From: Chloroflexota bacterium
GTDB lineage: Bacteria; Chloroflexota; UBA6077; SHYK01
Reading direction: 5' to 3'
DNA: 60,330 nucleotides
Assembly (NCBI GenBank): GCA_009377635.1
Contig: WHTR01000005.1
Coordinates: forward strand, 1 to 60,330
The position numbers and the translations under genes are program-made. This document shows, piece after piece, positions 8,565 to 19,162 of this stretch. Each line of letters starts with the position of its first letter. Positions within the stretch are counted from its first letter, which is position 1. The notes beneath the pieces were generated by a model. That model was given only the letters and a program-made list of their open reading frames with translations, had not been told where the DNA came from and made no database searches.

Positions 8565-9647
8565 GTGCGAACGATCTATCGCGAAGGCCAGGTTGTCAAG
8601 CTCATCGACCAGACTCGCCTCCCTCTTGAGTTAGTCATTGTCGAGTGCACGGAGGCCGGCGAGCTGTGCGAGGCCATTCGAACGATGCGGATTCGCGGTG
8701 CGCCCGCGCTGGGCGTCGCAGCCGCGTACGCGTTCGCCCTCGGCGCGGAGGAGGCTGGAGGGGACGCTCAGGCTGTTCTCGCCCATCTCGACGAGGTCGC
8801 CGCCCTCGTTCGCCGGACCCGTCCTACGGCAGTGAACCTGTTCTGGGGTGTCGAACGCGCCCTTGCAGAGGCTCGATCCGCTGCCGCCAACGGGCCGTTG
8901 GCGCTCCGAGCAGCTCTCTGGGAGCTGGCCGATCGCCTCGCCGACGAGGACGTCGCGCTGAACCAGCGGCTTGGGGCGAACGGGGCCGCCCTCATCTCTG
9001 AAGGCGCGCGCATCCTGACGCACTGCAATGCCGGTTCCCTCGCGACGGTCGGGTGGGGGACGGCTCTCGGCGTTGTCCGCACGGCCCATCGCGCTGGCCG
9101 GCGGTTGCATGTGTTCGTCGATGAGACCCGCCCGTTCCTGCAGGGCGCGCGGCTCACGGCCTGGGAGCTGGAACAGGAGGGGGTACCGTACACCATCATC
9201 ACGGACAGCACGGCCGGACATCTCATGGCCCGCGGCGAGATCGACCTGTGCCTCGTCGGGGCCGACCGAATCGCTGCGTCGGGTGACGTGGCCAACAAGA
9301 TCGGGACGTACACACTTTCGGTGCTCGCGAACGCGCATCGCCTCCCGTTCTACGTTGCGGCGCCCACCTCGACGATCGACCTCAGCACAGAGACGGGGGC
9401 GGAGATCCCGATCGAGGAACGCGACTCTTCGGAGGTTCTGTCGTTTGCCGGCGTTCGCGTGGCGCCCTCCGGGGCCCGGGCGCGCAATCCGGCGTTCGAC
9501 GTCACCCCCAGCCGATTCGTGACGGCCATCATCACGGAGGTGGGAGTGCACAGCGCGCCGTACGAGATAACGCTGGAAGAGGCTGTACGGGCAGGTCCCC
9601 ATCCCCTGCCCCCCGACCCCGACCGCCACGCGGGGTCGCCCCCATGA
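8565..9647 (+). CDS. mtnA: S-methyl-5-thioribose-1-phosphate isomerase
   Basis: IRGAPALG, TRPTAVNL, THCNAGSLAT, ETRPFLQGARLT, GADRI, NKIGT, NPAFDVTP. Start GTG 8565 or ATG 8526. Confidence 0.96.
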   Translation: MRTIYREGQVVKLIDQTRLPLELVIVECTEAGELCEAIRTMRIRGAPALGVAAAYAFALGAEEAGGDAQAVLAHLDEVAALVRRTRPTAVNLFWGVERALAEARSAAANGPLALRAALWELADRLADEDVALNQRLGANGAALISEGARILTHCNAGSLATVGWGTALGVVRTAHRAGRRLHVFVDETRPFLQGARLTAWELEQEGVPYTIITDSTAGHLMARGEIDLCLVGADRIAASGDVANKIGTYTLSVLANAHRLPFYVAAPTSTIDLSTETGAEIPIEERDSSEVLSFAGVRVAPSGARARNPAFDVTPSRFVTAIITEVGVHSAPYEITLEEAVRAGPHPLPPDPDRHAGSPP

Positions 9648-10456
9648 TCGAGCGCGAGCAGGTGGCCGAGATCGGCGTCATTGGCGGGTCTGGCTTCTAC
9701 AGCTTGCTCGAGGACGCCGTCGAGCGATGGGTAAACACGCCTTACGGGCACCCGACGGACACGATCTCCATCGGCGAGATTGGCGGCCGGCGGGTCGCGT
9801 TCGTGCCGCGACACGGCAGGGGACATCGCCACCCCGCGCATCGGGTCAACTATCGCGCCAACGTCTGGGCGATGTGGAGTCTCGGCGTGACCCGGATCCT
9901 CGCGCCGTCCGCCGCTGGGAGCCTGCAGCCCCATGTCTGCCCTGGGCACTTCGTCGTGTGTGACCAGTTCGTGGACCGGACCAACGGGCGCGATGATACA
10001 TACTTCGACGGGCCGGTCTCCGCGCACATCAGCTCCGCGGATCCGTACTGCCCGGACCTCCGCTCGCTCGCCGTGACGAGCGGTCGCTCTCTGGACATCC
10101 CCATGCACGATCGCGGGACCGTGGTCGTGATCCAGGGACCCCGCTTCAGCACACGGGCTGAGAGCCGGTGGTTCAGCAGCATGGGGTGGGAGGTCATCAA
10201 CATGACCCAGTACCCGGAGGTGGTCCTCGCCCGCGAGCTGGAGCTATGCTACGTCAACATCTCGCTCATCACAGACTGGGACGTAGGGCTCGACGACGCG
10301 CCCGGCGTTGCGCCCGTCTCCGCCGAGGAGGTGCTGCACGTGTTCAATGAGAATAATGAGCGGGTGAAGGACTTGATCTACCGGCTCATCCCCGTGATCC
10401 CAGCGGAGCGGACCTGCCCGTGCGCCACGGCGTTGGCCGGCGCGATCATCAGTTGA
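9644..10456 (+). CDS. mtnP: S-methyl-5'-thioadenosine phosphorylase
   Basis: IGGSG, PRHG, VNYRAN, QGPRFSTRAES, NMTQYPE, TDWD. Confidence 0.95.
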   Translation: MIEREQVAEIGVIGGSGFYSLLEDAVERWVNTPYGHPTDTISIGEIGGRRVAFVPRHGRGHRHPAHRVNYRANVWAMWSLGVTRILAPSAAGSLQPHVCPGHFVVCDQFVDRTNGRDDTYFDGPVSAHISSADPYCPDLRSLAVTSGRSLDIPMHDRGTVVVIQGPRFSTRAESRWFSSMGWEVINMTQYPEVVLARELELCYVNISLITDWDVGLDDAPGVAPVSAEEVLHVFNENNERVKDLIYRLIPVIPAERTCPCATALAGAIIS

Positions 10457-11430
10457 CAACCGAGGTGGCACGTCCCGTGCCAGTTCTCGTGGTCGGTTCT
10501 CTGGGCCTCGACACGTTAACGACCCCATTCGGGCAGGTCAAGGAGGTCCTTGGAGGAACGACGTCGTACTTCGCGCTGGCGGCGAGCATGTACACGGACG
10601 TGCAGGTCGTCGCGGTCGTCGGGACGGACTTCCCTGAGGAGTATCGGCGCGTGCTGGATGGCCGACGCATCGATCTCCAGGGGATCCAGGTGCGGGAGGG
10701 CAAGACGTTTCGGTGGTCTGGCGAGTACCGGTTCGACATGAACCTCGCTCAAACGCTGGACACGCAACTGAACGTCTTCGCCGACTTCCACCCGCGCCTG
10801 CCCGAGGAGTACCGGTCGACCCGGTATGTCTTCCTCGCGAACATCCATCCGGCGCTTCAGCTCGAGGTGGTGAGCCAGGTGCATCGGCCGAAGCTCGTGG
10901 TCATGGACTCGATGAACTTCTGGATCGAGCACAGCAAGGCGTCGCTGACCGAGGTGATGCGCCGTTCAGATGTCGTGCTGCTCAACGACGCCGAGGTGCG
11001 GCAGTTCGCGGAGACGCCGAACCTGATCTCCGGCGCTCGGCACATTCTCAGCCTCGGGCCTCGTGCCGTCGTGGTCAAGAAGGGCGAGCACGGCGCGCTG
11101 CTCGTCTCGAAGGAGGACGGTGTGTTCGTCGCGCCCGCCTACCCGCAGGAGGAGGTCCGCGACCCCACTGGAGCGGGAGACTCCTTCGCGGGAGGGGTCA
11201 TCGGGTACCTGGCGAGCAGAGACGATGTCTCGCCGCAGGCGATGCGACGGGCGATCATCCACGGCTGTGCGGTAGCATCGTTTACGGTCGAGGACTTCAG
11301 CGTACGGCGGCTCGAGCGTCTGAGCAGCTCCGAGGTCCGGGAGCGGTACACCCTATTCCGTAACCTGACGCAGTTTACGGACGAAGAGCTGGGGGTTGGG
11401 ATATCCCAACCCCCAACCCCTAAATCCTGA
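10453..11430 (+). CDS. PfkB-family carbohydrate/nucleoside kinase
   Basis: [26 protein letters not shown]; TTG start overlaps the mtnP stop. Confidence 0.9.
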   Translation: MTTEVARPVPVLVVGSLGLDTLTTPFGQVKEVLGGTTSYFALAASMYTDVQVVAVVGTDFPEEYRRVLDGRRIDLQGIQVREGKTFRWSGEYRFDMNLAQTLDTQLNVFADFHPRLPEEYRSTRYVFLANIHPALQLEVVSQVHRPKLVVMDSMNFWIEHSKASLTEVMRRSDVVLLNDAEVRQFAETPNLISGARHILSLGPRAVVVKKGEHGALLVSKEDGVFVAPAYPQEEVRDPTGAGDSFAGGVIGYLASRDDVSPQAMRRAIIHGCAVASFTVEDFSVRRLERLSSSEVRERYTLFRNLTQFTDEELGVGISQPPTPKS

Positions 11431-11441
11431 AGGAGATTCCC

Positions 11442-12710
11442 ATGGCCACAGTTCCGTTGAGCCACGATGTGCGGGACCTCTCGCTCGCCCCAGACGGTCG
11501 ACGTCGCATCGAGTGGGCCGATACCCAGATGCCGGTCCTGCGAACCATCCGCGAGCGGTTCGAGCGGGAGCGGCCGCTGGACGGCTTCAACCTCGCGGCG
11601 TGCCTACATATCACGTCCGAGACGGCGAACCTGGCGATCACGCTTCAGGCCGGCGGCGCCAGCGTGCGGCTCTGCGCGAGCAACCCGCTCTCGACGAATG
11701 ACGAGGTGGCCGCCTCTCTTGTGGCGGACTTCGAGATCCCGGTCTTCGCCATCAAGGGCGAGGATGAGTCGACCTATTATCAGCATATCGAGGGCGCGGT
11801 CGCGATCCCTCCCCACGTGACGATGGACGACGGTGCGGATCTGGTCACGACGCTCCACACCCGGCGTCGGGATCTGCTGGCCAGGATCGTCGGCGGAACG
11901 GAGGAGACGACAACCGGCGTCGTTCGGCTCCGGAGCATGGAGGCCAGTGGCGTGCTCGAGTACCCCATCGTGGCGGTGAACCAAGCTGACACGAAGCACC
12001 TGTTCGACAACCGTTACGGGACCGGACAGAGTGCCATAGACGGAATCATTCGAGCCACGAACGTTCTGATCGCCGGACGGACGGTCGTCGTCTGCGGCTA
12101 CGGCTGGTGCGGACGGGGCGTGGCGTCGCGCGCGCATGGCATGGGCGCGAACGTGATCGTCACGGAGGTGGATCCGACGCGGGCCATCGAGGCCGTCATG
12201 GAAGGAAGCCGCGTGATGACGATGGCGGAGGCCGCACGGGTTGGAGATATCTTCGTCACGACAACTGGTAATATCCACGCAATCGGGATCGAGCACCTGC
12301 GCTCCATGCACGATGGTGCGATCGTCGCGAATGCAGGACACTTCAACGTCGAGATCGACATCGACGCGATGGAGCAGATCGCGGCGAAGCGTCGCATGCG
12401 GCCGTTCGTGGATGAATATCGATTCCCGGACGGACACTGCGTCTTCCTCCTCGGGGAAGGACGGCTCGTCAACCTGGCGGCGGCTGAGGGGCACCCGGCG
12501 GCAGTGATGGACATGAGCTTCGCGAATCAGGCGCTGTGTGCCGAGTATTTGGTCCAGAACGCGGCCAGCCTCGACCGAAAAGTGTACGACGTTCCCACGG
12601 GCATCGATCGGGAGGTCGCCCGGCTCAAGCTGGTCAGCCTCGGTATGGAGATCGACGTGCTGACCGCCGAGCAGCGCCAGTACCTTGAATCCTGGGAGTT
12701 GGGGACATGA
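11442..12710 (+). CDS. ahcY: Adenosylhomocysteinase
   Basis: [47 protein letters not shown]. Confidence 0.97.
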   Translation: MATVPLSHDVRDLSLAPDGRRRIEWADTQMPVLRTIRERFERERPLDGFNLAACLHITSETANLAITLQAGGASVRLCASNPLSTNDEVAASLVADFEIPVFAIKGEDESTYYQHIEGAVAIPPHVTMDDGADLVTTLHTRRRDLLARIVGGTEETTTGVVRLRSMEASGVLEYPIVAVNQADTKHLFDNRYGTGQSAIDGIIRATNVLIAGRTVVVCGYGWCGRGVASRAHGMGANVIVTEVDPTRAIEAVMEGSRVMTMAEAARVGDIFVTTTGNIHAIGIEHLRSMHDGAIVANAGHFNVEIDIDAMEQIAAKRRMRPFVDEYRFPDGHCVFLLGEGRLVNLAAAEGHPAAVMDMSFANQALCAEYLVQNAASLDRKVYDVPTGIDREVARLKLVSLGMEIDVLTAEQRQYLESWELGT

Positions 12711-13933
12711 GCCATTCCTTCATGGCGTCGCCGCGGCTGCTCTTTACATCCGAATCGGTCACGGAGGGGCATCCGGACAAGCTCTGTGACCAGGTCTCGG
12801 ACGCGGTGCTGGACGAGGTTCTGGGCCAGGACCCGTTCGGCCGCGTAGCGGCTGAGGCAGCCACCACCTCGGGGCTCATGATGGTGATCGGGGAGATCAC
12901 GACGAACGCCCAGGTGGACTACGAACGTGTCGTGCGAGAGACCATCCTCGGGGCAGGCTACACCGACGCGGCGTACGGATTTGACGGGAACACCTGCGCG
13001 GTGGTGATCTCCATGAAGAAGCAGTCGTCGGATATCGCGATGGGTGTGAACGCGGCGCTTGAGACCAAGGTGGGCCGGGAGTCCGACGAGGGCGACGAGC
13101 TCGGCGCCGGCGATCAGGGGATGATGATTGGGTTCGCATGCAACGAGACCCCGGAGCTCATGCCCATGCCCATCGCGCTCGCGCATCGGCTGACGAAGCG
13201 CCTCGCCGAGGTCCGGAAGAGCGGACTACTGCCATGGGTGCGGACCGACGGCAAGTCCCAGGTGACCGTGGAGTACGCCTTCGGGCGCCCGACGCGGGTG
13301 GACACGATCGTGATCTCGACGCAGCACGCTCCGGACGTCGACCACGTGACGATCGTGGAGGGGGTCATCGAGCAGGTCATCAAGGAGGTGGTTCCTCCGA
13401 CTATGCTCGTGGACACCCGCTACCTCGTCAACCCGACCGGTCGGTTTGTCGTCGGCGGGCCCATGGGCGACGCCGGTCTCACGGGACGCAAGATCATCGT
13501 GGACACCTACGGGGGCATGGCCCGTCACGGCGGTGGCGCCTTTTCCGGGAAGGACCCCACGAAGGTCGATCGGTCGGCGGCGTATGCGGCCCGCTATGTG
13601 GCCAAGAATGTGGTGGCCGCGGGGCTTGCCGACCGCATGGAGATCCAGATCGCCTACGCTATCGGCGTCGCCAAGCCCGTGTCCATCATGTGTGAGACCT
13701 TCGGCACGAGTCGCGTGTCCGCGGAAGTCATCGACCGGCTTGTGGGGGAGTGCTTCGACCTGCGCCCGGCGCGGATTCTCGAGAACCTCCGTCTGCGACG
13801 CCCGATCTACAAGAACACCGCCGCCTACGGGCACTTCGGGCGCACGGACATCGACGCCCCCTGGGAGGTGACGGACAAGGCCGAGCTCCTGCGCTCCCTG
13901 GCGGGTCTGGGTGACGCCGTTGCCGCAGGCTAA
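12707..13933 (+). CDS. metK: Methionine adenosyltransferase
   Basis: [53 protein letters not shown]. Confidence 0.98.
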   Translation: MSHSFMASPRLLFTSESVTEGHPDKLCDQVSDAVLDEVLGQDPFGRVAAEAATTSGLMMVIGEITTNAQVDYERVVRETILGAGYTDAAYGFDGNTCAVVISMKKQSSDIAMGVNAALETKVGRESDEGDELGAGDQGMMIGFACNETPELMPMPIALAHRLTKRLAEVRKSGLLPWVRTDGKSQVTVEYAFGRPTRVDTIVISTQHAPDVDHVTIVEGVIEQVIKEVVPPTMLVDTRYLVNPTGRFVVGGPMGDAGLTGRKIIVDTYGGMARHGGGAFSGKDPTKVDRSAAYAARYVAKNVVAAGLADRMEIQIAYAIGVAKPVSIMCETFGTSRVSAEVIDRLVGECFDLRPARILENLRLRRPIYKNTAAYGHFGRTDIDAPWEVTDKAELLRSLAGLGDAVAAG

Positions 13934-13936
13934 ACC

Positions 13937-15370
13937 GTGTCTGCTGTGAAGATCGAGTTCGGCACGGACGGCTGGCGCGCGGTCATCGGCGAGGAGTTCA
14001 CGTTCGAGAACGTGCGCGTCTGCGCCCAGGCCGTTGCTGACTACCTCGGCGCTGTCGGTCTGGCGGAGCGAGGCCTCGTCGTCGGCTACGACACGCGATT
14101 CGCGTCCGATCGGTTCGCCGCCGCGGTGGCCGAGGTCGCCGCGGCGAACGGAATTCGCACCGCGCTGTGCGATGCGCCAGCGCCGACACCGGTCGTTTCA
14201 TACGCCGTGCTTGACCGGCACGCGGGTGGGGGCGTCGTCATCACCGCGAGCCACAACCCGGGCGAGTGGAATGGCTTCAAATACAAACCCGAGTACGCCG
14301 GCTCGGCGACACCGGAGATCGTCGCCGCGCTCGAGTCGCGGATCGAGACGATTCAGAAGCGCGGTGACGGCGTGCGCCGGGTGCCACTTGCGCACGCCGA
14401 ACGGGATGGGTTGGTCGAGCGCTTCGACCCGTCTGGACCGTACCTCGCCCAGATCGAGCGGCTGGTGGACGTGCAGCGGCTCCGCGATGCCGGGCTGACG
14501 GTGGTCGTGGACGCGATGTACGGCGCCGGCATGGGCTACTTCCGCCGCATTCTCGAGGGAGGGTCTACGCGTGTGGTCGAAATCCACAGTGAACTGAACC
14601 CCCTGTTCCCCGACATGCACAACCCCGAGCCCATCGCGCGGAACCTGGCTACGCTGAGGGAGCGCGTCTGTTCGGAGGGCGCGGACATCGGGCTGGCGAC
14701 CGATGGCGACGCCGACCGTATCGGTATCGTCGACGAGCGGGGTATCTTCGTCAACCAGCTTCAGATGTACGGGCTGCTCTTGCTCTATCTCCTCGACGTG
14801 CGTGGCATGCGCGGTCCCGCCGTCCGGTCGTTCACATCGACTGCCATGGCTGACCGCCTCGGCGAGCGCTACGGGATCCCGGTGATCGAGACGCCCGTCG
14901 GCTTCAAGTACGTCGGGCCGAAGATGATGGAGACGCGTGCGATCATGGGCGGGGAGGAGAGCGGCGGCTTCGGGTTTGCTGGTCACATCCCGGAGCGCGA
15001 CGCGATCTTGGCCGGACTGTACGCACTGGACCTCATGGTGCACCGGGGGCGTCCGTTCTCGGGCGTGCTGGAGTACCTCACCGAGAAGGCCGGTCCATCG
15101 TTCTACGACCGCGCGGACATCACGTTCGACGGGGACGGGCGCGAAGCGATTCTGCGGCGGGTCGAGCGCGCGCAGCCAGCGACCCTCGACGGTTCTCGCG
15201 TGGTCGCCGTCAGCGACATCGACGGCACGAAATTCGTGCTCGAGGACGGGAGCTGGGTGCTCATCCGGTTCTCCGGAACCGAGCCGCTGCTCAGGGTCTA
15301 CACAGAGACGACCGATCAGGACCGTGTCGCCCGCTTGCTGGCGGCCGGGCGGCAGATCGCCGGTGTTTGA
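13937..15370 (+). CDS. Phosphoglucomutase/phosphomannomutase family protein
   Basis: FGTDGWR, TASHNP, DGDADR, GGEESGG, RFSGTEP. Confidence 0.95.
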   Translation: MSAVKIEFGTDGWRAVIGEEFTFENVRVCAQAVADYLGAVGLAERGLVVGYDTRFASDRFAAAVAEVAAANGIRTALCDAPAPTPVVSYAVLDRHAGGGVVITASHNPGEWNGFKYKPEYAGSATPEIVAALESRIETIQKRGDGVRRVPLAHAERDGLVERFDPSGPYLAQIERLVDVQRLRDAGLTVVVDAMYGAGMGYFRRILEGGSTRVVEIHSELNPLFPDMHNPEPIARNLATLRERVCSEGADIGLATDGDADRIGIVDERGIFVNQLQMYGLLLLYLLDVRGMRGPAVRSFTSTAMADRLGERYGIPVIETPVGFKYVGPKMMETRAIMGGEESGGFGFAGHIPERDAILAGLYALDLMVHRGRPFSGVLEYLTEKAGPSFYDRADITFDGDGREAILRRVERAQPATLDGSRVVAVSDIDGTKFVLEDGSWVLIRFSGTEPLLRVYTETTDQDRVARLLAAGRQIAGV

Positions 15371-15376
15371 GCGGCC

Positions 15377-16450
15377 GTGATGGATCTGGATGCACCTCGA
15401 CGGTTCCGGACCGTCGATCGGACTGGCGCGCTGGGTCGCATCCTTGGACTGCCCGACCAGCTGCGCGCAGCCTGGTCCCTCGGCCAGAGCATGCATCTGC
15501 CGTCCGAATACTCAGACGCGAGCGATATCGTGATCTGTGGGATGGGCGGCTCTGCCATCGGCGGAGATCTCGCCCGCGCTATCGTCGAACCGGAGGCGCG
15601 GGTCCCGTTGGCGGTCGTGCGCGGGTACGACCTTCCTGGGTTCGTCAGCCCGTCGTCGCTCGTCGTGCTCTCCAGCTTCTCCGGGACAACGGAAGAGACG
15701 CTCGCGGCCGGCGACCGTGCCCTCGAGGTCGGCGCACGGGTGCTCGCGCTCACCACCGGAGGCACCCTCGCCGCGCGAGCGGCGGAGTCTGGCTTCCCGG
15801 TTGTGCGCTTCGCCTTCGATGGGCAGCCGCGGGAGGCCATCGGCTACTCGTTGCTGCTCATGCTCGGGTCCCTTGCGCGTCGTGGTTACGTGAGGGATTG
15901 CACGGATGACGTAGAAGCCACAGCGCTCCTGCTGGACGCGATAGCCGGGGAACTTGGCCCCGAGGCTCCTGCTGAGAGAAACCAGGCGAAGCGACTTGCC
16001 GAGCGCCTGCACCGGAAGGTCGGCATAATCTACGGAGGCGGCCTGATGGGCGTGGTCGCTCGCCGCTGGAAGGGCCAGTTCAATGAAAACGCCAAGAGAT
16101 GGGCTTTCTTTGAAGAGCTACCGGAGCTCAATCACAACGCCATTCTCGGGTACCAGTTTCCCTCCGGCGTCGCCGCGCGCGTGATGGTCGTCATCCTCTC
16201 CAGCACGTTGGGCCATCCGCGCATTGCCTTGCGCGAAGCAGTGACCTCGGAGGTGCTCGATCGGTGGGAAGTCGAGGCCGCGCGCGTCGAGGCAAGCGGC
16301 AACAGTGCTCTGGAGCAGGTCCTCTCCGCGATGTTTGTGGGCGATCTTGTAAGCTATTACCTGGCCATGCTCGATGATGTCGATCCGAGTGACATCGAGA
16401 CGCTCGCATACCTCAAGGCCCGCCTCGCTGAGGCGACGAGCGAGCAGTAG
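15377..16450 (+). CDS. Bifunctional phosphoglucose/phosphomannose isomerase
   Basis: GMGGSAIGG, SFSGTTEET, QPR, RWKGQFNENAK, PELNHN. Confidence 0.93.
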   Translation: MMDLDAPRRFRTVDRTGALGRILGLPDQLRAAWSLGQSMHLPSEYSDASDIVICGMGGSAIGGDLARAIVEPEARVPLAVVRGYDLPGFVSPSSLVVLSSFSGTTEETLAAGDRALEVGARVLALTTGGTLAARAAESGFPVVRFAFDGQPREAIGYSLLLMLGSLARRGYVRDCTDDVEATALLLDAIAGELGPEAPAERNQAKRLAERLHRKVGIIYGGGLMGVVARRWKGQFNENAKRWAFFEELPELNHNAILGYQFPSGVAARVMVVILSSTLGHPRIALREAVTSEVLDRWEVEAARVEASGNSALEQVLSAMFVGDLVSYYLAMLDDVDPSDIETLAYLKARLAEATSEQ

Positions 16451-16560
16451 GTGCAAGCGTTGCCGAGCGGTTTCCTTTGGGTAGCAGTACGACCAGAGAT
16501 CCCTTCGGCCTGAGGTGGACATCAGGCTGGCTCAGGATGACCGGTCGAGGGTGGTGAACG

Positions 16561-16818
16561 GTGACCGAGACTCACGACGTAGCCTGCAGCAGGTGCGGCA
16601 GAACCGCGGCCGGGATCGCGGAACCACCCGTTGCAGGAGATGTTGGGCAGCTCGTCTACGACCATGTCTGTCGTGAATGCTGGAGCGAGTGGTTCGAACA
16701 GTCCGTGAACGTCATTAACCACCATGGCCTCAATCCGGCGCTCCGGGAGCATCGACTGCAGCTCTACGAGATCATGAAGGAATTCCTGAACATCCCGGGA
16801 CGGACTCCATCTCAGTGA
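16561..16818 (+). CDS. YggX-like Fe(II)-trafficking / oxidative damage protection protein
   Basis: C..C...PP..G.VG..VYDHVC.ECW.EW......IN...LN pattern. Confidence 0.8.
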   Translation: MTETHDVACSRCGRTAAGIAEPPVAGDVGQLVYDHVCRECWSEWFEQSVNVINHHGLNPALREHRLQLYEIMKEFLNIPGRTPSQ

Positions 16819-17309
16819 ATGCCTCAACAACCGTTCTGCCGGATGCGGTGACCGACCAACCAGAGGACAGCTCGAACGGCGCACCACAATACTGGCTGCG
16901 TGTCCACGGGTATCCAGGCGACCTCACCGACGAGGTGGTCTACTACAACGAGTTCTACGATCCCTACATCGGCCGTCTGCCCGGGGATCCGAAGCGAAAC
17001 ATTCACGTGGGCGACGTCCTCATCTACTTCGCCGACGGTCCGGCCAGTGTCTACGGCGTTGCCACGGTCGTCGGAACACCGGAGGGCCCGTTCCCCGACC
17101 GCCGCCGCGGCAAGATCTGGAGAATCCCGATCAAGCGGGAGGCGATCATCCGCGCAGTCAACAAGGCGCCCCACGCTGCAGCTCTTCAGCCGCCGAGCGG
17201 GTGGCAATTTCTCCACGTGGTGCGGGACTACACGTACATTCGCCTGCCGGACGAGGACGGTCCGTATCTGGTGGAGCAGGTGCGCGCGCGCGCGGGCGCG
17301 CGGGAGTAG
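16815..17309 (+). CDS. Hypothetical protein, EVE/PUA-like fold suspected
   Basis: GTGA overlap with the upstream gene; YWL...GDVLIYF...VYGVATV pattern. Confidence 0.6.
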   Translation: MNASTTVLPDAVTDQPEDSSNGAPQYWLRVHGYPGDLTDEVVYYNEFYDPYIGRLPGDPKRNIHVGDVLIYFADGPASVYGVATVVGTPEGPFPDRRRGKIWRIPIKREAIIRAVNKAPHAAALQPPSGWQFLHVVRDYTYIRLPDEDGPYLVEQVRARAGARE

Positions 17310-17379
17310 TCCCCATCGCCGGTCCGTCAGCTCAGGATACCGTCGTCAACAAAAGAGTGAGGACAGACGGTGTGACCGC

Positions 17380-19098
17380 ATGAGGAAGTGGTCCCTGCCC
17401 GCGCGCCTGCAGCTTCCAAGGGTGCTTCTCGACCGTGCGGTAGCGATGCGCCTATACATCATCGGCGGAGTGGGTCTCTGCCTGCTCTTTGTGCTCCTTT
17501 ACTACGCGGGGGAGGGTCTGGCGGACGCTCAACGCCAGGAGCTCTGGAATCGCGTCGCCGTCGGGAGAGACGTCGCGTCGGACGTGGAGGGCGCCAACGC
17601 CCCCTCGCCGCCGATGGATGCCATGTCGCTCACGGAACAGGCGCCAGAGTCGATCGACGGAGTGCCAAGCATCCGCGAGACGTCTGCGGACGTGCCCACC
17701 TGGGTCCAGCCCTTCCGTGGCGCGAAGCTGTGGCGCGAGGTCACTGGCGAGGAAGCGATCGCCCAGGTCAGCCAGTGGGAGTACCTCAGGGTCAAGACAG
17801 CAGAGCTGGGCCGCTTCCAGGTAGAAGGCGGGAGCGGTGACGCCGCGTCCGTGAATGGCTGGATCGATATCGACGATGTGGGGATCTCGGGTCCGCCGCC
17901 GAGCTGGGTGCGGGCCAACTGGGACGCGCCGCTGTTTGCAGGCGCAGAGAGCGACGATGCCGTGGGAGCCCTACCTGCAGGCGCGGACGTTGTGGTCACG
18001 GAGCAGCCAACCGGCGCTCGGATTTCTGTGTACGTCCCGAGCGATCCCGCCGCGAGGAACAGCGCATACGGGTGGGTCGAGGCGGATGCGGTTGTGCCCT
18101 CAAACCGTCCGGAGGGCGTTGCCCTTCCCTCGCCAAGCTTCCGTGCCGTGCCGGTCGGCCGCTCAGAGATCTACCGCGTCCGTCCCGGGGATTCGCCAGT
18201 CACCATCGCCACGCGTTTTGGTGTGCCGTGGGAGGAGCTGGTTCGCCGCAATGATCTCGCTCCGGCAGCGCCCCTGGTCGTGGGTCAGGTGCTTCGGCTT
18301 CCCGTTGCGGCCGATACGTCGCAGCCCGCATCGCATAAGCCGGATCAGGTGCGCGACGTTGCACCCGGCCCGATCGGTGCCGAATACGCGGTCGCGGTTG
18401 ACGGGGAGTCGGGAGAGATCCTGTGGGCCCGGGAGGCAAATTCAGCGGTTGCGCCCGCCAGCCTGACCAAGATCGTCACCGCCCTCGTCGTTCTCGACCA
18501 AGCACGCCTCAGCGACTCGGTCACCGTGCACGTCGACAGTCGGCGCATGCCAGAGAGCACCGTCATGGGGCTCGAGCCGGACGAGGAGCTCACCGTCGAA
18601 GACCTCCTCTACGGGCTCATGCTGCCATCGGGCAACGACGCGGCTGTCGCGTTGGCCGAGCACGTCGCTGGCAGCGTGGAGGCGTTCGTCGCCCTCATGA
18701 ACGGAAAGGTTCGATCGCTGGGACTCACGAGTACGCGCATGGTCAATCCGCATGGCCTCGATGCCCCCGGACATGTGACGAGCGCCTACGACATGGCGAT
18801 GCTGGCCCGCGAAGGCATGCGCAACCCCGTGTTCCGAGAGCTAGCGATGGCTCGCTCGCACGAGATCCCCCGAGGCAAGGGCTACTCCCTGGGGAACCTC
18901 AACCAGCTCCTCTGGCTCTTTCCGGGAGCTGACGGCGTGAAGATCGGGTACACGGACGCTGCTGGACGGGCCATCGTCGGGTCGGCGTCGCAGGGTGGAC
19001 ACCGCGTATTCGTCACATTGATGCGCAGCCCGAACACGTATGGGGACAGCGCTGCCCTTCTCGACTGGGCGTTCGCGTCGTTCACCTGGCCCGAATGA
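17380..19098 (+). CDS. Membrane-anchored D-alanyl-D-alanine carboxypeptidase (S11) with LysM domain
   Basis: N-terminal TM; LysM (YRVRPGDS..IA.RFGV..EL..RN); SLTK, SGND, NPHGLD, KIGYT. The ORF-track start at 16900 is an over-extension. Confidence 0.9.
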   Translation: MRKWSLPARLQLPRVLLDRAVAMRLYIIGGVGLCLLFVLLYYAGEGLADAQRQELWNRVAVGRDVASDVEGANAPSPPMDAMSLTEQAPESIDGVPSIRETSADVPTWVQPFRGAKLWREVTGEEAIAQVSQWEYLRVKTAELGRFQVEGGSGDAASVNGWIDIDDVGISGPPPSWVRANWDAPLFAGAESDDAVGALPAGADVVVTEQPTGARISVYVPSDPAARNSAYGWVEADAVVPSNRPEGVALPSPSFRAVPVGRSEIYRVRPGDSPVTIATRFGVPWEELVRRNDLAPAAPLVVGQVLRLPVAADTSQPASHKPDQVRDVAPGPIGAEYAVAVDGESGEILWAREANSAVAPASLTKIVTALVVLDQARLSDSVTVHVDSRRMPESTVMGLEPDEELTVEDLLYGLMLPSGNDAAVALAEHVAGSVEAFVALMNGKVRSLGLTSTRMVNPHGLDAPGHVTSAYDMAMLAREGMRNPVFRELAMARSHEIPRGKGYSLGNLNQLLWLFPGADGVKIGYTDAAGRAIVGSASQGGHRVFVTLMRSPNTYGDSAALLDWAFASFTWPE

Positions 19099-19162
19099 TT
19101 CGCGAGAGGCGCACGTCATGTCGAGTCTTGGGCCCGCTGTTCATGGAGGCCGTATCCCCTCT

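Noticed and set aside
16900-17379. N-terminal extension of the carboxypeptidase ORF
   Set aside because: Overlaps the 16815..17309 gene in another frame; low-complexity Ser/Arg translation.
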